From positions 23,472 through 87,471 of the forward strand of contig JBAXQK010000002.1 in the NCBI GenBank assembly GCA_037131775.1: a stretch of 64,000 bases of DNA, given 5' to 3'. The stretch comes from Candidatus Uhrbacteria bacterium. GTDB taxonomy: Bacteria > Patescibacteriota > Patescibacteriia > UBA9934 > GWF2-40-263. A program made the translations under genes and the position numbers. Shown piece after piece: positions 9,468 through 20,400 of the stretch (positions are counted from its first letter, which is position 1; each line of letters begins with the position of its first letter). The notes under the pieces were generated by a model that had not been told where the DNA came from, did no database searches, and saw only the letters and a program-made list of their open reading frames with translations.

Positions 9468-10727
9468 CTATTGTGCCTTTAATTCTTCAAGCGCCACGCT
9501 CAGGTCGAATGCCTCCTCGCCGCGCGCAACTTTCAGCGAAACCGTGTCTCCGGGATTGTACTGGCTGATGACGGAGCCGAGCGTCTGATGGTCGGTAAGC
9601 TTCTGGCCGTTCACGGACAGGATCACGTCCCCCTCCCTGATACCCGCCTTTTCCGCCGGAGAACCCGGAGAGACGGCCGGCTCGGTGGTCGGATCGTTTC
9701 CATACGTGACGTAGACGCCATAGTCCACGGACAGGTTCTCGTCCGACGCCAGCTGCTTGTCGACCTCGAGATAGCGCACGCCGAGCCACGGGCGAACGAT
9801 GCGTCCGAACTTCCCGATGTCGTCCACGATCTTCTTGACGTCGTTGATCGGAATCGCGAACCCGATGGACTGGCCGTCGTAGCTGACGGCCGAGTTGATG
9901 CCGATGACCTCGCCGAGCAGGTCGATGAGCGGACCGCCCGAGTTGCCCGGGTTGATCGCCGCGTCGGTCTGGATCGCGCGGTCGATCACCTCGTCGGAGC
10001 CATAGTCGTCGCCGGCGGTCACGCTGCGGTTGATTCCGGAGATGACGCCCTTCGTGACGGTATTGCGATACTCGGAAAGGGTGTTGCCGATGGCGATCAC
10101 CGTCGAGCCGATGCGAATCTTGTCGGAATCGCCAAGCGTCGCCACCGGATATCCGTCTCCCGCCACGTCGAGCACGGCGATATCAAGGAACGCGTCCCGC
10201 GCCACGACCTTCGCGGGAAGCTCGACGCCATCGTTCGTCACGACCGTGTAGGTTGCGCCGTCATCGCTCACCACGTGCCGGTTCGTGACGATGTAGCCGT
10301 CGGACGACATGAAGAACCCGGATCCGCCGCCGATCTCGACGAGCTCGTTCGGATCCTGGTTTGGCGGGATGTCCGGAAGGGGCGGCGCGTTGAGCGGGTC
10401 GAAAAAACCGGAGTTTGACTGGTTCGCCTCATCGGCCCGCACCGCGCCCCACGGCTTCTTGATGATGACGCTGACCACCGACGGGGCCACGGTATCCACC
10501 ACGGAGATACTCGCGCTCTCCTCCTCGATCATCTGGACGATGCGCCGGTCGGTCACAACGGAAGCCTTTGGGGTTCCGGATATTCGCGCCACGATGTCCG
10601 ACCCGTTGATGGCGCCCGTCATAAGAACGGCCCCGACCGCGCCGGAAACCGAGCCGATCACGGCGGCAAGCGCGACGGCGACGACGAGGATCGTCTGATG
10701 AATTCCCGATGGTCGCTTTGCATCCAT
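9468..10727 (-). CDS. htrA: HtrA/DegP-like trypsin serine protease with one PDZ domain
   Basis: N-terminal TM; TNRHVV (His), DIAVL (Asp), [15 protein letters not shown] (Ser); [18 protein letters not shown]. Confidence 0.9.
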   Translation of the reverse strand: MDAKRPSGIHQTILVVAVALAAVIGSVSGAVGAVLMTGAINGSDIVARISGTPKASVVTDRRIVQMIEEESASISVVDTVAPSVVSVIIKKPWGAVRADEANQSNSGFFDPLNAPPLPDIPPNQDPNELVEIGGGSGFFMSSDGYIVTNRHVVSDDGATYTVVTNDGVELPAKVVARDAFLDIAVLDVAGDGYPVATLGDSDKIRIGSTVIAIGNTLSEYRNTVTKGVISGINRSVTAGDDYGSDEVIDRAIQTDAAINPGNSGGPLIDLLGEVIGINSAVSYDGQSIGFAIPINDVKKIVDDIGKFGRIVRPWLGVRYLEVDKQLASDENLSVDYGVYVTYGNDPTTEPAVSPGSPAEKAGIREGDVILSVNGQKLTDHQTLGSVISQYNPGDTVSLKVARGEEAFDLSVALEELKAQ

Positions 10728-10729
10728 AG

Positions 10730-11206
10730 CTATTTTTTCTTTTTTCCCGCCTTCGGTGCTGCGATGAGCGAGCGCAGCAGCTCCTCGAACGTCTTCACGT
10801 CGTCAAACGACTGGTACACCGACGCGAACCGTATGTACGCCACCTTGTCGAACGCCTTCAGTTGCTTCATGAGAAGCTCGCCAATGTCCTTCGCCGTCAG
10901 TTCCCCGCGCCGCTTCTTCTGGATGTCGCGCTCGATCTTGTGCACGATCTGCCGCAAATCGGCCTCCGTGTACGGCCGCTTTTCCAACGACTTCTCCAAC
11001 CCCTTGATCAACTTGTCCCGCGAATAGCTCTCCCGCCTCCCGTCCCGCTTCACCACGGTCAGGTCCAGCAGTTCCATTTCCTCGAGCGTCGAAAACCGAA
11101 ACTCGCACTTCTCGCACTCGCGTCGACGCCGAATGTTCATCCCGTCGGTGGATAACCGGGAGTCGACGACCTTCGTGTCGGAATTGTTGCAGACGGGACA
11201 GCGCAT
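10730..11206 (-). CDS. nrdR: transcriptional repressor NrdR
   Basis: MRCPVC...VVDSR...RRRRECEKC Zn ribbon, ATP cone, VAYIRFASVY. Confidence 0.97.
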   Translation of the reverse strand: MRCPVCNNSDTKVVDSRLSTDGMNIRRRRECEKCEFRFSTLEEMELLDLTVVKRDGRRESYSRDKLIKGLEKSLEKRPYTEADLRQIVHKIERDIQKKRRGELTAKDIGELLMKQLKAFDKVAYIRFASVYQSFDDVKTFEELLRSLIAAPKAGKKKK

Positions 11207-11212
11207 AAAAAA

Positions 11213-11287
11213 AGTGGTGGAGTGATGGAGTGGTGGAGTGGTGGAGTTTAACACTCAATCACTCAATCACTTCATCACTCCATCACT
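11213..11287. repeat. inverted array of degenerate 8-mers (AGTGRTGG)n / (CACTYMAT)n
   Basis: About 4 units on each arm, forming a long imperfect hairpin between ftsZ and nrdR. Confidence 0.85.
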
Positions 11288-11295
11288 ATTATACA

Positions 11296-12648
11296 CTACA
11301 TCATCTTCTTCCGGATAAACGCCGGGATCTCGATCTCCTCTTCCTCGGTTTGCTGCTTCTGCTGCGCCATCGGCTGCGGCGGAGGCGGCATGTACTGGGA
11401 GCTCGTCGGGGCCTGGCGCGCCTGGAAGCTCGGGGCACCGCTCTGCTGGATCGGGCTGCTCATGGTCGGCAGCGCGTACGACGGCTGGACGTATGCCGGC
11501 TGTGGCTGCTGGACCGGCATCGGCGGCGGCATCATCGGGCGCATGGGAGCCGGCTGGGGCTGCGGCTGAGGATAGCTTACCGGGGCCTTCTGCTGACGAC
11601 GGGCCTGGTCGTCTTCGCGAACGCGGAGCGGGGCCGGGGTCCAGGTGTTCTGGGCCGGGATCTCGACCACTCCGGGGGCGGCCATGCGTCGGTCGCGCGA
11701 GTCAAATCCCGTGGCAACGACGGTGATGCGAACCTCCTCGCCCATGCTCTCGTCGATGTTGGCGCCGAAGATGACGCGCGCGTCCTCGTCGGCCGAGCCG
11801 GTGATGATCTTGGCGGCCTCCGCGACCTCGTGCATGCCGAGGTCCGTTCCGCCCGTGATCGTGAACAGGATCCCCTTGGCGCCGTCGATGGCGACCTCGA
11901 GGAGCGGTGAGGCGATCGCCTGCTTGGCGGCCTCCACGGCGCGGTTCTCGCCGGTGGCGCGGCCGATGCCCATGAGCGCGGAGCCGGAGTTCTGCATGAT
12001 GGCCTTCACGTCGGCGAAGTCGACGTTGATGAGTCCCGGGATGGTGATGAGCTCGGAGATTCCCTGCACGCCCTGGCGGAGCACGTCGTCCACCACCTTG
12101 AACGCGTCGAGGAGCGAGGTCTTCTTGTCGATGATCTGGAGCACGCGGTCGTTCGGGATGGTAATGATCGTGTCCACGTACTGGAGAAGCTGCTGATACC
12201 CTTCCTCGGCGATGCGTCGGCGCTGGGCGCCCTCGAACGAGAATGGCTTCGTGACCACGGCGATGGTAAGCGCGCCGATTTCCTTCGCGACCTTCGCCAC
12301 CTCCGGCGTTGCCCCCGTTCCGGTTCCGCCTCCGAGCCCGCACGTCACGAACACCATGTCCGCGCCGTTGAGCACCGTGCGAATCTCGTTGACGCTTTCC
12401 TCGGCCGCGTGTCGACCGACTTCCGGGTTCATGCCGGCGCCAAGGCCGCGCGTTACCGTCTTTCCGATCGGAATCTTGTTCGGCGCGAGATTCTGATGGA
12501 GCGCCTGCACGTCCGTATTCACGACGATAAACTCGACGCCCTTGATCTTGTCCGAAATCATGCGGTTCACCGCCGCGCCTCCGCCCCCACCAATGCCAAC
12601 CACCTTGATCTTGGCAAACGTCTCAATGTCGGGTTTCACTTCGGCCAT
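11296..12648 (-). CDS. ftsZ: cell division protein FtsZ
   Basis: [14 protein letters not shown], tubulin motif [17 protein letters not shown], Pro/Gln-rich linker, C-terminal EIPAFIRK. Confidence 0.98.
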   Translation of the reverse strand: MAEVKPDIETFAKIKVVGIGGGGGAAVNRMISDKIKGVEFIVVNTDVQALHQNLAPNKIPIGKTVTRGLGAGMNPEVGRHAAEESVNEIRTVLNGADMVFVTCGLGGGTGTGATPEVAKVAKEIGALTIAVVTKPFSFEGAQRRRIAEEGYQQLLQYVDTIITIPNDRVLQIIDKKTSLLDAFKVVDDVLRQGVQGISELITIPGLINVDFADVKAIMQNSGSALMGIGRATGENRAVEAAKQAIASPLLEVAIDGAKGILFTITGGTDLGMHEVAEAAKIITGSADEDARVIFGANIDESMGEEVRITVVATGFDSRDRRMAAPGVVEIPAQNTWTPAPLRVREDDQARRQQKAPVSYPQPQPQPAPMRPMMPPPMPVQQPQPAYVQPSYALPTMSSPIQQSGAPSFQARQAPTSSQYMPPPPQPMAQQKQQTEEEEIEIPAFIRKKMM

Positions 12649-12888
12649 ATAGGTGGGATCAGCGTGTTCAAGGTGAGCAAAGGAATTGTTCGAGGGCTCG
12701 GGATGTGAACACGGGGATTATGGGGATACTTTAGGTTGATGGGGACGTGATGTCAAGGAGAAAATGGATACGAAGCAACGAATTTCCTACCAAACTACGA
12801 AACAACAAAACGCTACAAAATACAGTGAATTTGTAGCGTTTTAAAATTCTGTAGTTTGGTAGCGGATTCGTGGATTGGTATCCCTTCG

Positions 12889-14151
12889 TCACGGCTTCAA
12901 CGACTTCAGCATTTTCTTGAATCCGCTCGTCCACTTATCCACACCCTTGAACTTGGCGAGGATGTTCCCGAACCGCCCGCCGTCGCCCGCCGTCTTCACG
13001 TTTTGTCCCCAAAGCACCAGTCCGATCGCCGTGGACATGGCCGGGTCGTGGGCACGCTCGATGACGGAGGAAATCCCGATCGGCGTCCCGAGCGAAACGG
13101 GGAGACGCAGCACGTCCTTCGCGATCTCGAGGATCCCGCACAGCTTCGCGCAGCCGCCGGTCAGCACCATGCCTGCCGGAAGCATCCCGGAGCGCTCGAC
13201 CTTCTTCAGCTCGCGGTCGACCATCTGAAAAATTTCCTCGATCCTCGCCTCGGTAATGTCGGCGACGAATCGGCGTCCGACGGCCTCGGATTCCGTCGCG
13301 CCGAAGTCGGCAAGGTCAATCTCGTCCTTCTTCGAGACCTCGTCGGGACGGCAGGTCGCGCAGTGCAGCTTCACCTGCTCCGCGACCTCGAGCGACGTCC
13401 GAAGCCCGAGCGCGATGTCGTTCGTGACGTGCGCTCCGCCGACGGGAAGGACGGCCGTGTGCAGTACCTCGCCCTCCTCGTACACGGCGACGCTGGTGGT
13501 AGACGCCCCGATGTTCACGACGCAGACCCCGAGTTCCTTCTGGCGATTCGTCACGACCGCCTCGGCCGTCGCCAATACCGAGTACACGAGGTCCTCGATG
13601 TCGAGCCCGGTCCGGTACACGCACTTGGTCAGATTCTTGATCTGCGACGAAAGTCCCTGGATGATCAGCGCGTCCACTTCCAGACGGATCCCGTTCATGC
13701 CGATCGCGTCCTTGATGCCGCGCTGGCCGTCGACGATGAACGTCTTCGGGATCACGTGGAGAATCTCGTAGTTGGTCGGCGTCGCGACCGTCCTTGCCGC
13801 CTCGATGGCGCGCTCCACGTCCTCCTCGCGGATCTCGCCGTCCGAGCGCGACACGCCCACGACGCCGCGGCTTTCCTGCGAGATGATATGGCTTCCCGAG
13901 ATGGCGACCCAGGCTGACGCGAGCGGGAGGCCGGTCAGCCGTTCTGCCTGTTCGAGCGCCTTGGATACCGAAGACACCGCGTCCTCGATCCCGGTGATCG
14001 TCCCGCGGTTCACGCCCATGCTCGGCACCTCGACGGCCCCGATGACATGCACCTGTGATTTTCCGTCGGCCGCGGACGGAACGCCCTTTCCAACCGCGAC
14101 GCGGATGGCGTGCGACCCAATGTCGAGACCAACGTAGATATCTTCGGCCAT
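12889..14151 (-). CDS. ftsA: cell division protein FtsA
   Basis: GLDIGSHAI, NIGASTT, VGGAHVTNDIA, GMVLTGG; directly upstream of ftsZ. Confidence 0.96.
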   Translation of the reverse strand: MAEDIYVGLDIGSHAIRVAVGKGVPSAADGKSQVHVIGAVEVPSMGVNRGTITGIEDAVSSVSKALEQAERLTGLPLASAWVAISGSHIISQESRGVVGVSRSDGEIREEDVERAIEAARTVATPTNYEILHVIPKTFIVDGQRGIKDAIGMNGIRLEVDALIIQGLSSQIKNLTKCVYRTGLDIEDLVYSVLATAEAVVTNRQKELGVCVVNIGASTTSVAVYEEGEVLHTAVLPVGGAHVTNDIALGLRTSLEVAEQVKLHCATCRPDEVSKKDEIDLADFGATESEAVGRRFVADITEARIEEIFQMVDRELKKVERSGMLPAGMVLTGGCAKLCGILEIAKDVLRLPVSLGTPIGISSVIERAHDPAMSTAIGLVLWGQNVKTAGDGGRFGNILAKFKGVDKWTSGFKKMLKSLKP

Positions 14152-14161
14152 AGTGATGAGA

Positions 14162-14530
14162 TTATAGCACAGTCTCGACGAAGTACGGCCAGAAGATGAC
14201 GATTCCCGCAACGAGGGAGACGATCGAGGCAATGAGGACGGCCCCGGCCATGATGTCCTTGATGTCGCGGACGATCGGATGAATGCGAGGCTGGAAGCTG
14301 TCGACGAGCCGTTCAAAAATGGTGTTGACGATCTCCAGCGTGAGGACGGCGCCGATCAGCAGGAGGATAATGAGAAACTGGTTGGTGGAGATTCGATAGA
14401 TCGCCGCGAGGACGATTGCCGCGACCGCGCCGCAGACCTGGATGCGAAACGACTGTTCTGCCTTGAAGACAACGGACACGCCTCGCAGTGCGTGCCGCAC
14501 GCTTGAACACAAATTTTGTATGTGGATCAT
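14162..14530 (-). CDS. dgkA: diacylglycerol/undecaprenol kinase (DgkA family)
   Basis: HALRG...EQSFRIQ, LEIVNTIFERLVD, IKDIMAGAVL; three TM segments. Confidence 0.9.
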   Translation of the reverse strand: MIHIQNLCSSVRHALRGVSVVFKAEQSFRIQVCGAVAAIVLAAIYRISTNQFLIILLLIGAVLTLEIVNTIFERLVDSFQPRIHPIVRDIKDIMAGAVLIASIVSLVAGIVIFWPYFVETVL

Positions 14531-14949
14531 ATTCGAGTGTCAACACCGAGTGTTGACAGGATGCGCGTCTGGCGCGGAAACATCTTCTTCGCGTCTTTCG
14601 GCTCGATATGGTCGTATCCGAACGTATGCAGAATACCGTGGACGATCAGGAACACCAGCTCGTCGCGCGTCGAATGCCCCATCTCCTTCGCCTGCCGGAC
14701 GGCCTGCGGATAGCAGAGCAGGATCTCGTTCGACGTCTCAAAAGAAAGCACATCGGTCACGTAGTCGTGCCCGCGCCACTTCTTGTTCAAGGCCCGCATC
14801 TCGCGCTCGCCAACGAACGCGATCGAGAGTTCGACGTCCTTCCGCGGCTTCAGCTCCGCGTCGCAAGCCGCCAGCGCCCTGGCAACCAAAGCGTGCGGCA
14901 GGCACTGGCCCCCTCGCAGCTTCGATTGATTTATCTCGAAGGAAATCAC
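14527..14949 (-). CDS. ybeY: rRNA maturation endoribonuclease YbeY
   Basis: LNKKWRG...TDVLSF, HGILHTFGYDH Zn motif. Confidence 0.95.
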   Translation of the reverse strand: MISFEINQSKLRGGQCLPHALVARALAACDAELKPRKDVELSIAFVGEREMRALNKKWRGHDYVTDVLSFETSNEILLCYPQAVRQAKEMGHSTRDELVFLIVHGILHTFGYDHIEPKDAKKMFPRQTRILSTLGVDTRI

Positions 14950-15986
14950 AGCCAGGTCACGCTATTGATCATCATCTTGAACGTCTGGAGATAGTCGACG
15001 GTCGCCTTGGCCGCCGTGGCCATCTTGATCGTCATGACGAAATCGGTCCCAAGGACATAGCCGGTCAACTGGTCCTCGCTGATAAATATCTGGTAACCGT
15101 TCTTCGTGACCGTCTTCGTGACGGCCGCCGTCAGCCCCTGGGCCTTGTACCATGCGGAAAGGTCGGAGACGAGGGCTCCTCCCCCCTTCGCGAGCGCGAT
15201 CGTAACGGTCTCTCCGGTGGTCGACACGATCGTGACCGGGCTGTCATTCGATTCCGACACGGCCGGCTTGACCGACCAGACCGCGGGATAAAACAGGGAG
15301 TAGGACAGATTGCCCGGAAGTTCGCGCGTAGAGACGGTCGGCCCTTGGTATACCTTCACGAGTCCTGCGGCATAAAGCGTTCCCGGGGACGTCCCTGCCG
15401 GGTTGTAGCGGTGGTACACCTCGTTCCCGTCCAGGAATCCGTCGGAGTCCGTGTCCGGAAGCTTCGGGTTCGTTCCATAGATGAGCGTCTCTTCCAGGTC
15501 GGACAGTCCGTCGGAGTCCGTGTCCTTTCCCGGGGCGACCGCCGTCGGGAACGGGCTTTCCGCGGGCTTGGGAGTCTCGACCGGCTTGGGAGTCTCGACG
15601 GGCTTGGGCGTGGGCTTCGGGACGGGGGTCGGCTTCACGACAGCCACCGGGACCTCGACGGGCTTCGCGACCGGCTTCTGCGTCCCGCTCACGATGACAA
15701 TTGCCGCGACGATGAGACCGACGATCAGGATTCCTCCCGCGCCGATCATGATTTTCATCCCCTTCGAGAGTTTCTTTTTCTTCGGCACCCCTGCGACGGC
15801 CGGATTCGCGGCAACCACCGGCGGAGCCGTCACGGGACGAGCCGCCGCTGCCGGAACCGCCATCTTCTTCCCCGTCGCGCCGTGCCGATATTCCTCCGGC
15901 ATCACGAACATCGCCGGTTCCGCGAGGGGAACGGTCGAGGTCAGCGGTTTCTCCAACTGTTGTTGAGGATTCGGCGCGTCAGACAT
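14946..15986 (-). CDS. membrane-anchored protein with Pro-rich stalk, bacterial TSP3 repeats and PsbP-like C-terminal domain
   Basis: Single TM after KKKK, PKPVET repeats, DTDSDGLSD..E..YGTNP..PDTDSDGFLDGNE, YSLFYPAVW. Confidence 0.8.
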   Translation of the reverse strand: MSDAPNPQQQLEKPLTSTVPLAEPAMFVMPEEYRHGATGKKMAVPAAAARPVTAPPVVAANPAVAGVPKKKKLSKGMKIMIGAGGILIVGLIVAAIVIVSGTQKPVAKPVEVPVAVVKPTPVPKPTPKPVETPKPVETPKPAESPFPTAVAPGKDTDSDGLSDLEETLIYGTNPKLPDTDSDGFLDGNEVYHRYNPAGTSPGTLYAAGLVKVYQGPTVSTRELPGNLSYSLFYPAVWSVKPAVSESNDSPVTIVSTTGETVTIALAKGGGALVSDLSAWYKAQGLTAAVTKTVTKNGYQIFISEDQLTGYVLGTDFVMTIKMATAAKATVDYLQTFKMMINSVTWL

Positions 15987-15998
15987 ATGAAAGGTTCG

Positions 15999-16640
15999 TT
16001 ACGGGGTGGTGGTCGTTCCAAAAAGTTTTCCAGGGCCGTTCGGATTGTATCCCTTCTTCACCTCGGCGCCGTCGAGATACGTGTCGCCGTCGGTATCCGG
16101 GTTCAGCGGGTTCGTGTGATAGGTGTAAACCTCCTCCTTGTCGAACAGCCCGTCCGCGTCCGTGTCCGCAGAGGTCGGGCTCGTGCCAAGCTTGGCTTCC
16201 TCCGAGTCAGTCAGCCCGTCCTTGTCGCGGTCGACGATATCGGACATCGGCTTCGGCCCGTCCGTCACCACGTCCGGGACAACCGCGGCGTCATTCGAAA
16301 CGACGGGCGCCGGCTTCGTAACGACCGGAGGAGTCACGGCAGCCGGCGGAGTCACGATCGCTGGAGCGGCGACCGTCGACGTATCGGGCTCCACGGGAAC
16401 GGACGATCCCTTTGCCGCGAGCATGAAGTACGCGATGGCCCCCGCCGCGCCGACCACGACCAGGACCGTGGCGACGATAACGATCGGCTTCCACGAAACG
16501 GACCGAGGCGCGAACGGCATCGAATCCGATACGGGCATCGCCGGCGTCTCCGGAAGGTCTTTGGGAACTAGCGCAGACGGAGGGGCGATCGGCTCGACGT
16601 TAGCGAAGATATCCTCGGGGGGTTTAACATTCTCGAACAT
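15999..16640 (-). CDS. membrane-anchored protein with bacterial TSP3 (DxDxDG) repeats
   Basis: Single TM; DRDKDGLTDSEE, DTDADGLFD, DTDGDTYLDGAE..GYNPNG. Confidence 0.85.
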   Translation of the reverse strand: MFENVKPPEDIFANVEPIAPPSALVPKDLPETPAMPVSDSMPFAPRSVSWKPIVIVATVLVVVGAAGAIAYFMLAAKGSSVPVEPDTSTVAAPAIVTPPAAVTPPVVTKPAPVVSNDAAVVPDVVTDGPKPMSDIVDRDKDGLTDSEEAKLGTSPTSADTDADGLFDKEEVYTYHTNPLNPDTDGDTYLDGAEVKKGYNPNGPGKLFGTTTTP

Positions 16641-16679
16641 ATGGGAAGGTGGATACGAACCTACGAATTAGCTACGAAA

Positions 16680-17489
16680 CTACGAACCGAGTTTTCCGGC
16701 GCCGTTCGGGTTGTATCCGCCGTCGATCTCCACCTTGTCGGAGTAGCCGTCGCCGTCGGTGTCGGGATTCGTATCTGATGATCCGTATGACCGCTCCTCG
16801 TCCGCCATGAGCCCGTCAAGGTCAACGTCTCCGGTCCCAACAAGATCCGCGCAACGGCTCTGTTCCGTCTCATCGGAGAGCTCCAAGCATTTGCTCGGAT
16901 CCTTTGCCGCCACCGCCGCTTCGAACTGAGCGAGCTTGTCACAGACCGTCTGATCCGTTCCACGTTCCACACAGTTGGCCTCGGTAAGCGGACCGTCGAC
17001 CGAATTCCTGCATCCGTCTTGTTTGGCCGCGTCCTGAACCTTGTCGCAGAAAGAGGGGTCTTTCTGCGAGAGGGCAAGACGAACGTTGATCTGGTCGGAG
17101 CACATCTTCGCACGTTCGACGTCGGAAATCGCCGCGCAGCTCTCCGGATCCTCTCTGTCCTTTGCGACGGTCCAGACACAGGAGTCATGATCGGATCCAG
17201 TCAGCTGTTCGCAGACGGTCGACGCGCCGGTCGCCTTGGCCGCGAGCAACACCTTCTTGTTTCGACACTCCTCTGGGTCCGGTTCCTGAGCGCACCCAGC
17301 CAATGACGACGCAAGTTGCGTCTCAATGCGATCCATGTTCTGTGAAGCAATCTCCACTTTTTGGCGACTGCGCACGAACAGAACGGCCCCGATGATCAGC
17401 GCGACCGCAACTACCGCCGCCCCCGCAACGAGGGCGACGATTTTCCATGGCGGACGCGTCGAATCGGATGTTTGGTCGAAGCCGTTCAT
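16680..17489 (-). CDS. membrane-anchored protein with Cys-pair repeats and TSP3 repeats
   Basis: Single TM; repeated DPxxC..I.....C units; DVDLDGL, DTDGDGYSD..GYNPNG. Confidence 0.85.
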   Translation of the reverse strand: MNGFDQTSDSTRPPWKIVALVAGAAVVAVALIIGAVLFVRSRQKVEIASQNMDRIETQLASSLAGCAQEPDPEECRNKKVLLAAKATGASTVCEQLTGSDHDSCVWTVAKDREDPESCAAISDVERAKMCSDQINVRLALSQKDPSFCDKVQDAAKQDGCRNSVDGPLTEANCVERGTDQTVCDKLAQFEAAVAAKDPSKCLELSDETEQSRCADLVGTGDVDLDGLMADEERSYGSSDTNPDTDGDGYSDKVEIDGGYNPNGAGKLGS

Positions 17490-17493
17490 AGGA

Positions 17494-20400
17494 TTATGGT
17501 GCGGGACAATACGTGAAGTTGATGTTACTGAAGGTTACATATCCGGTTCCAGTAAAGGTCGTGGACATCGGGATGGACATGTCCGACCCGGTGCACTGGA
17601 AATCCGGCGGAAACGGAAGCGTCTTGTCATTGCCGTCCGAAACGTTTCCAGTCGTCGTCACGGACGTCCCGGTCGAAGATTCCGTCGTAAGTCCGACGGT
17701 CACATTGATGATCGAGCTGATAATCGAATCGTACATCCCGGCCACGCCGTCCTCGTCCTGGGCAGAGAACGCGTATGTGCCTGTCGTGCAGTCGTTGATA
17801 TCCGCATACAGATGTCCACACGTTTCGCTGGACATGTGTGCCATATACGATGCGTATACGTCGTCGGTCGTCGCCGTTATCGCGGCCGTGTAGACGCTGA
17901 CGTCACCGCTTCCGCGGACGGCTCCATTCTCATCGTCGGCCGAACAGGTGCTCAGCAGTCCTTTGTCGACCTGTTTTGTACAGCAGTAGTAATTGGACGT
18001 TGTTTCGTCATCGAGGGTGGTCGAGGCATCGTTGCCGCAGCTCGGATGCGTTGTACCATCCTCGCACACTCCGGCGGTGGTAGAGTTCGTACACATCGTA
18101 CTCGTCTTACTGATGTAGGTCTGTCCATCCGACAAAAGAATGATCAGTTTCACGTCAGCGGAGGATGCATCAAGCTCAGTAATCGCCGCCTTCATCCCCT
18201 GATAGATTGGCGGCCCCCAGCCAAGGTCTGACTCAAGCGCGTATCCTTCAACGGTTGCGATGAGATCATTTTCATCCATCGACCCGAGCGCCGCGTCGAT
18301 CGTATACCCATCCCCGCCATAAACGCCGGATCTAACTGCGGAACTTCCAATTCGCATGAGTCCGACTTGCAAATCGCCGGACGAGAGCGAGTCATAGAGC
18401 GTTTGAATGGCAGTAGACTCCGACGCACTGACGATATCCATGCGGCTATATCCCGACGGAGGAGTAGACGTACACGTTCCACCGGTCCCGCACTCAGAAG
18501 AAGTTGTGCAGTCCGTCCCGACGACGGCGGTTCCCGCTCCGTCACAATGATTATTCCCATCGACCCAGTCGCCCATGGTTCCCGTATAATCCGTAATGAA
18601 GTACACGGCCACGCTCGGCGGGGTCACGTTCGAGGTCGTGTCTACGTCGGCCGTGATCTGGGTTCCCACGCTGCATGCCGGGATGTACAGGACGGCGCTG
18701 TCCGGGTTCAAGTCAGAGTCGGACGGGTAGCTGTAGAGGTTGATGGTATCCGACGCCGTTCCGCCCGCCTCGCTGGTCTGGCCGAGGACGGAAACGGTCT
18801 GGTAGCTGAACGGGCAGGAGGTGGAGCAGGTAGAGTCGCAGGTTGGGACGACGCATTCCGAATCCGCCCCGCAGGCGTTCCTGTCCTCCGTCGTGCTCGT
18901 GTGACCGGAAACGACCGTGCAGCGTTCGCCTTGCTTGGATCCTCCATTGCACACCCCAAGCTCGCGACAGGTGAAACCGGAATCGCATCCCGCCGAAGAG
19001 CCTTCCGTTCCTTCATTGACGGAACCGCACGTTCCGCCGAGGTCCGTCGCGCTGGTGCCACCCTCGCCGTCCGCGTTGTCGAAGCAGTAAAACGGAATGT
19101 CCGCCCCGTCGCACAGCTCCGTGCCATTGATCGCGCCGTCGCCGCAGTAGGCGCCCGACTTGGTCTTGTACTGGCAGTTGATGGTGCAGTAGTGGCACAT
19201 CCCCTCGTAGACGGCCGTACAGTCGTCGCCGTTGAGCGATCCGTCGTCGCAGGATTCCACCCCGGAATAAACGAGCTCGTCGCCGCAGACGTTCGCCTTG
19301 CAGTCGTTGGTGCAGGCGTCGGTGTTGTCGGTGTTACCGTCGTCGCAGACCTCGGTGCCGTCGACCGTGCCGTTGCCGCAATAGTCGGCGCTGACGCATG
19401 CGGTCCAGGTTCCCCAGGTGCAGGCGGACGTCGAGCAGGTTTGGGAACGGGCGAGGTCGTAGACGACCGTTCCGCAAGAACCGTTGCCGTCCGCGAGGTT
19501 AATGGCGTCGCAGGACGTTCCGTCGACCTTCAGGCCGGTCGAACTGTCGCAGATGCTACCGGAGTCAATGTCGGTGATCGAGTCGGCGTTTCCATCCGTC
19601 GCGCACACCGTGCTCGATCCGCACGACGCTCCGCCGTCGCCGCAGGAAGAACCGTCGGTGCAGTCCGCGTTCGTCGTGCATTCCGTTGCGTCCGCGCACA
19701 GTGCCCCGGACCATTTCTGATAGCCGCCGTCGCACTGCTCGGACCCATTCACCTCCCCGTCACCGCAGCTCGGGCCGGGGCTCTTGCAGTCGTAGGAGCA
19801 CGTTCCGGTCGGGCTGGTGGCGTACTGTCCGTTCGAAACCGCGCAATGGTTGAGCCGTGCCCAGCTCGGGGTCGTATCATACATGACCGCCGTGAAGTTC
19901 GCCGAAACGCCGCAGTCGCACTGCTCGCCGCCGGCAAGGTAACCGTCGCCGCAGGAAAAGGCGGAAGTGAGGGTGCAGTCATCGCCGCAGTGGCCGTAGG
20001 TCCCGTTAAGAGACCCATCGTCGCAGGTCTCGGTCGCGCCGTCCACGACGCCGTTGCCGCAGGAGTACGGCGTACAGACGCCGCCCGCGGCGACCGCGGT
20101 CGTCTCGTCCTGGAACGCGGAGCAGTCGGATAGGCACGTTGCAAGCATCGTTCCTGCCACGCCGTCAGAATCCGTACAGTCGACGGTCGTCGTGTCCCCG
20201 ATCTCGCACGCCTCGTATCCCTCGGCGGACGGATCTGTTTCCTTCGTATTCACTACCCCGTCGCCACAGATCGACGACGTTCCAAGGGTCACGCCGTAGC
20301 AGAATGCGGCCGGGTCCGTAGAAGAGACGAAGTTCGTCGGCGAGGCCGTGCCGGACGGGTGGTACTCCGCGGTCACCGTGCCAAGCGTGGACGGATTAAG

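Noticed and set aside
11213-11287. CRISPR interpretation of the short repeat arrays
   Set aside because: Units are 7-9 nt and contiguous, with no spacers and no cas genes
15562-15610. 18-nt tandem repeat
   Set aside because: It simply encodes the PKPVET stalk of a membrane protein
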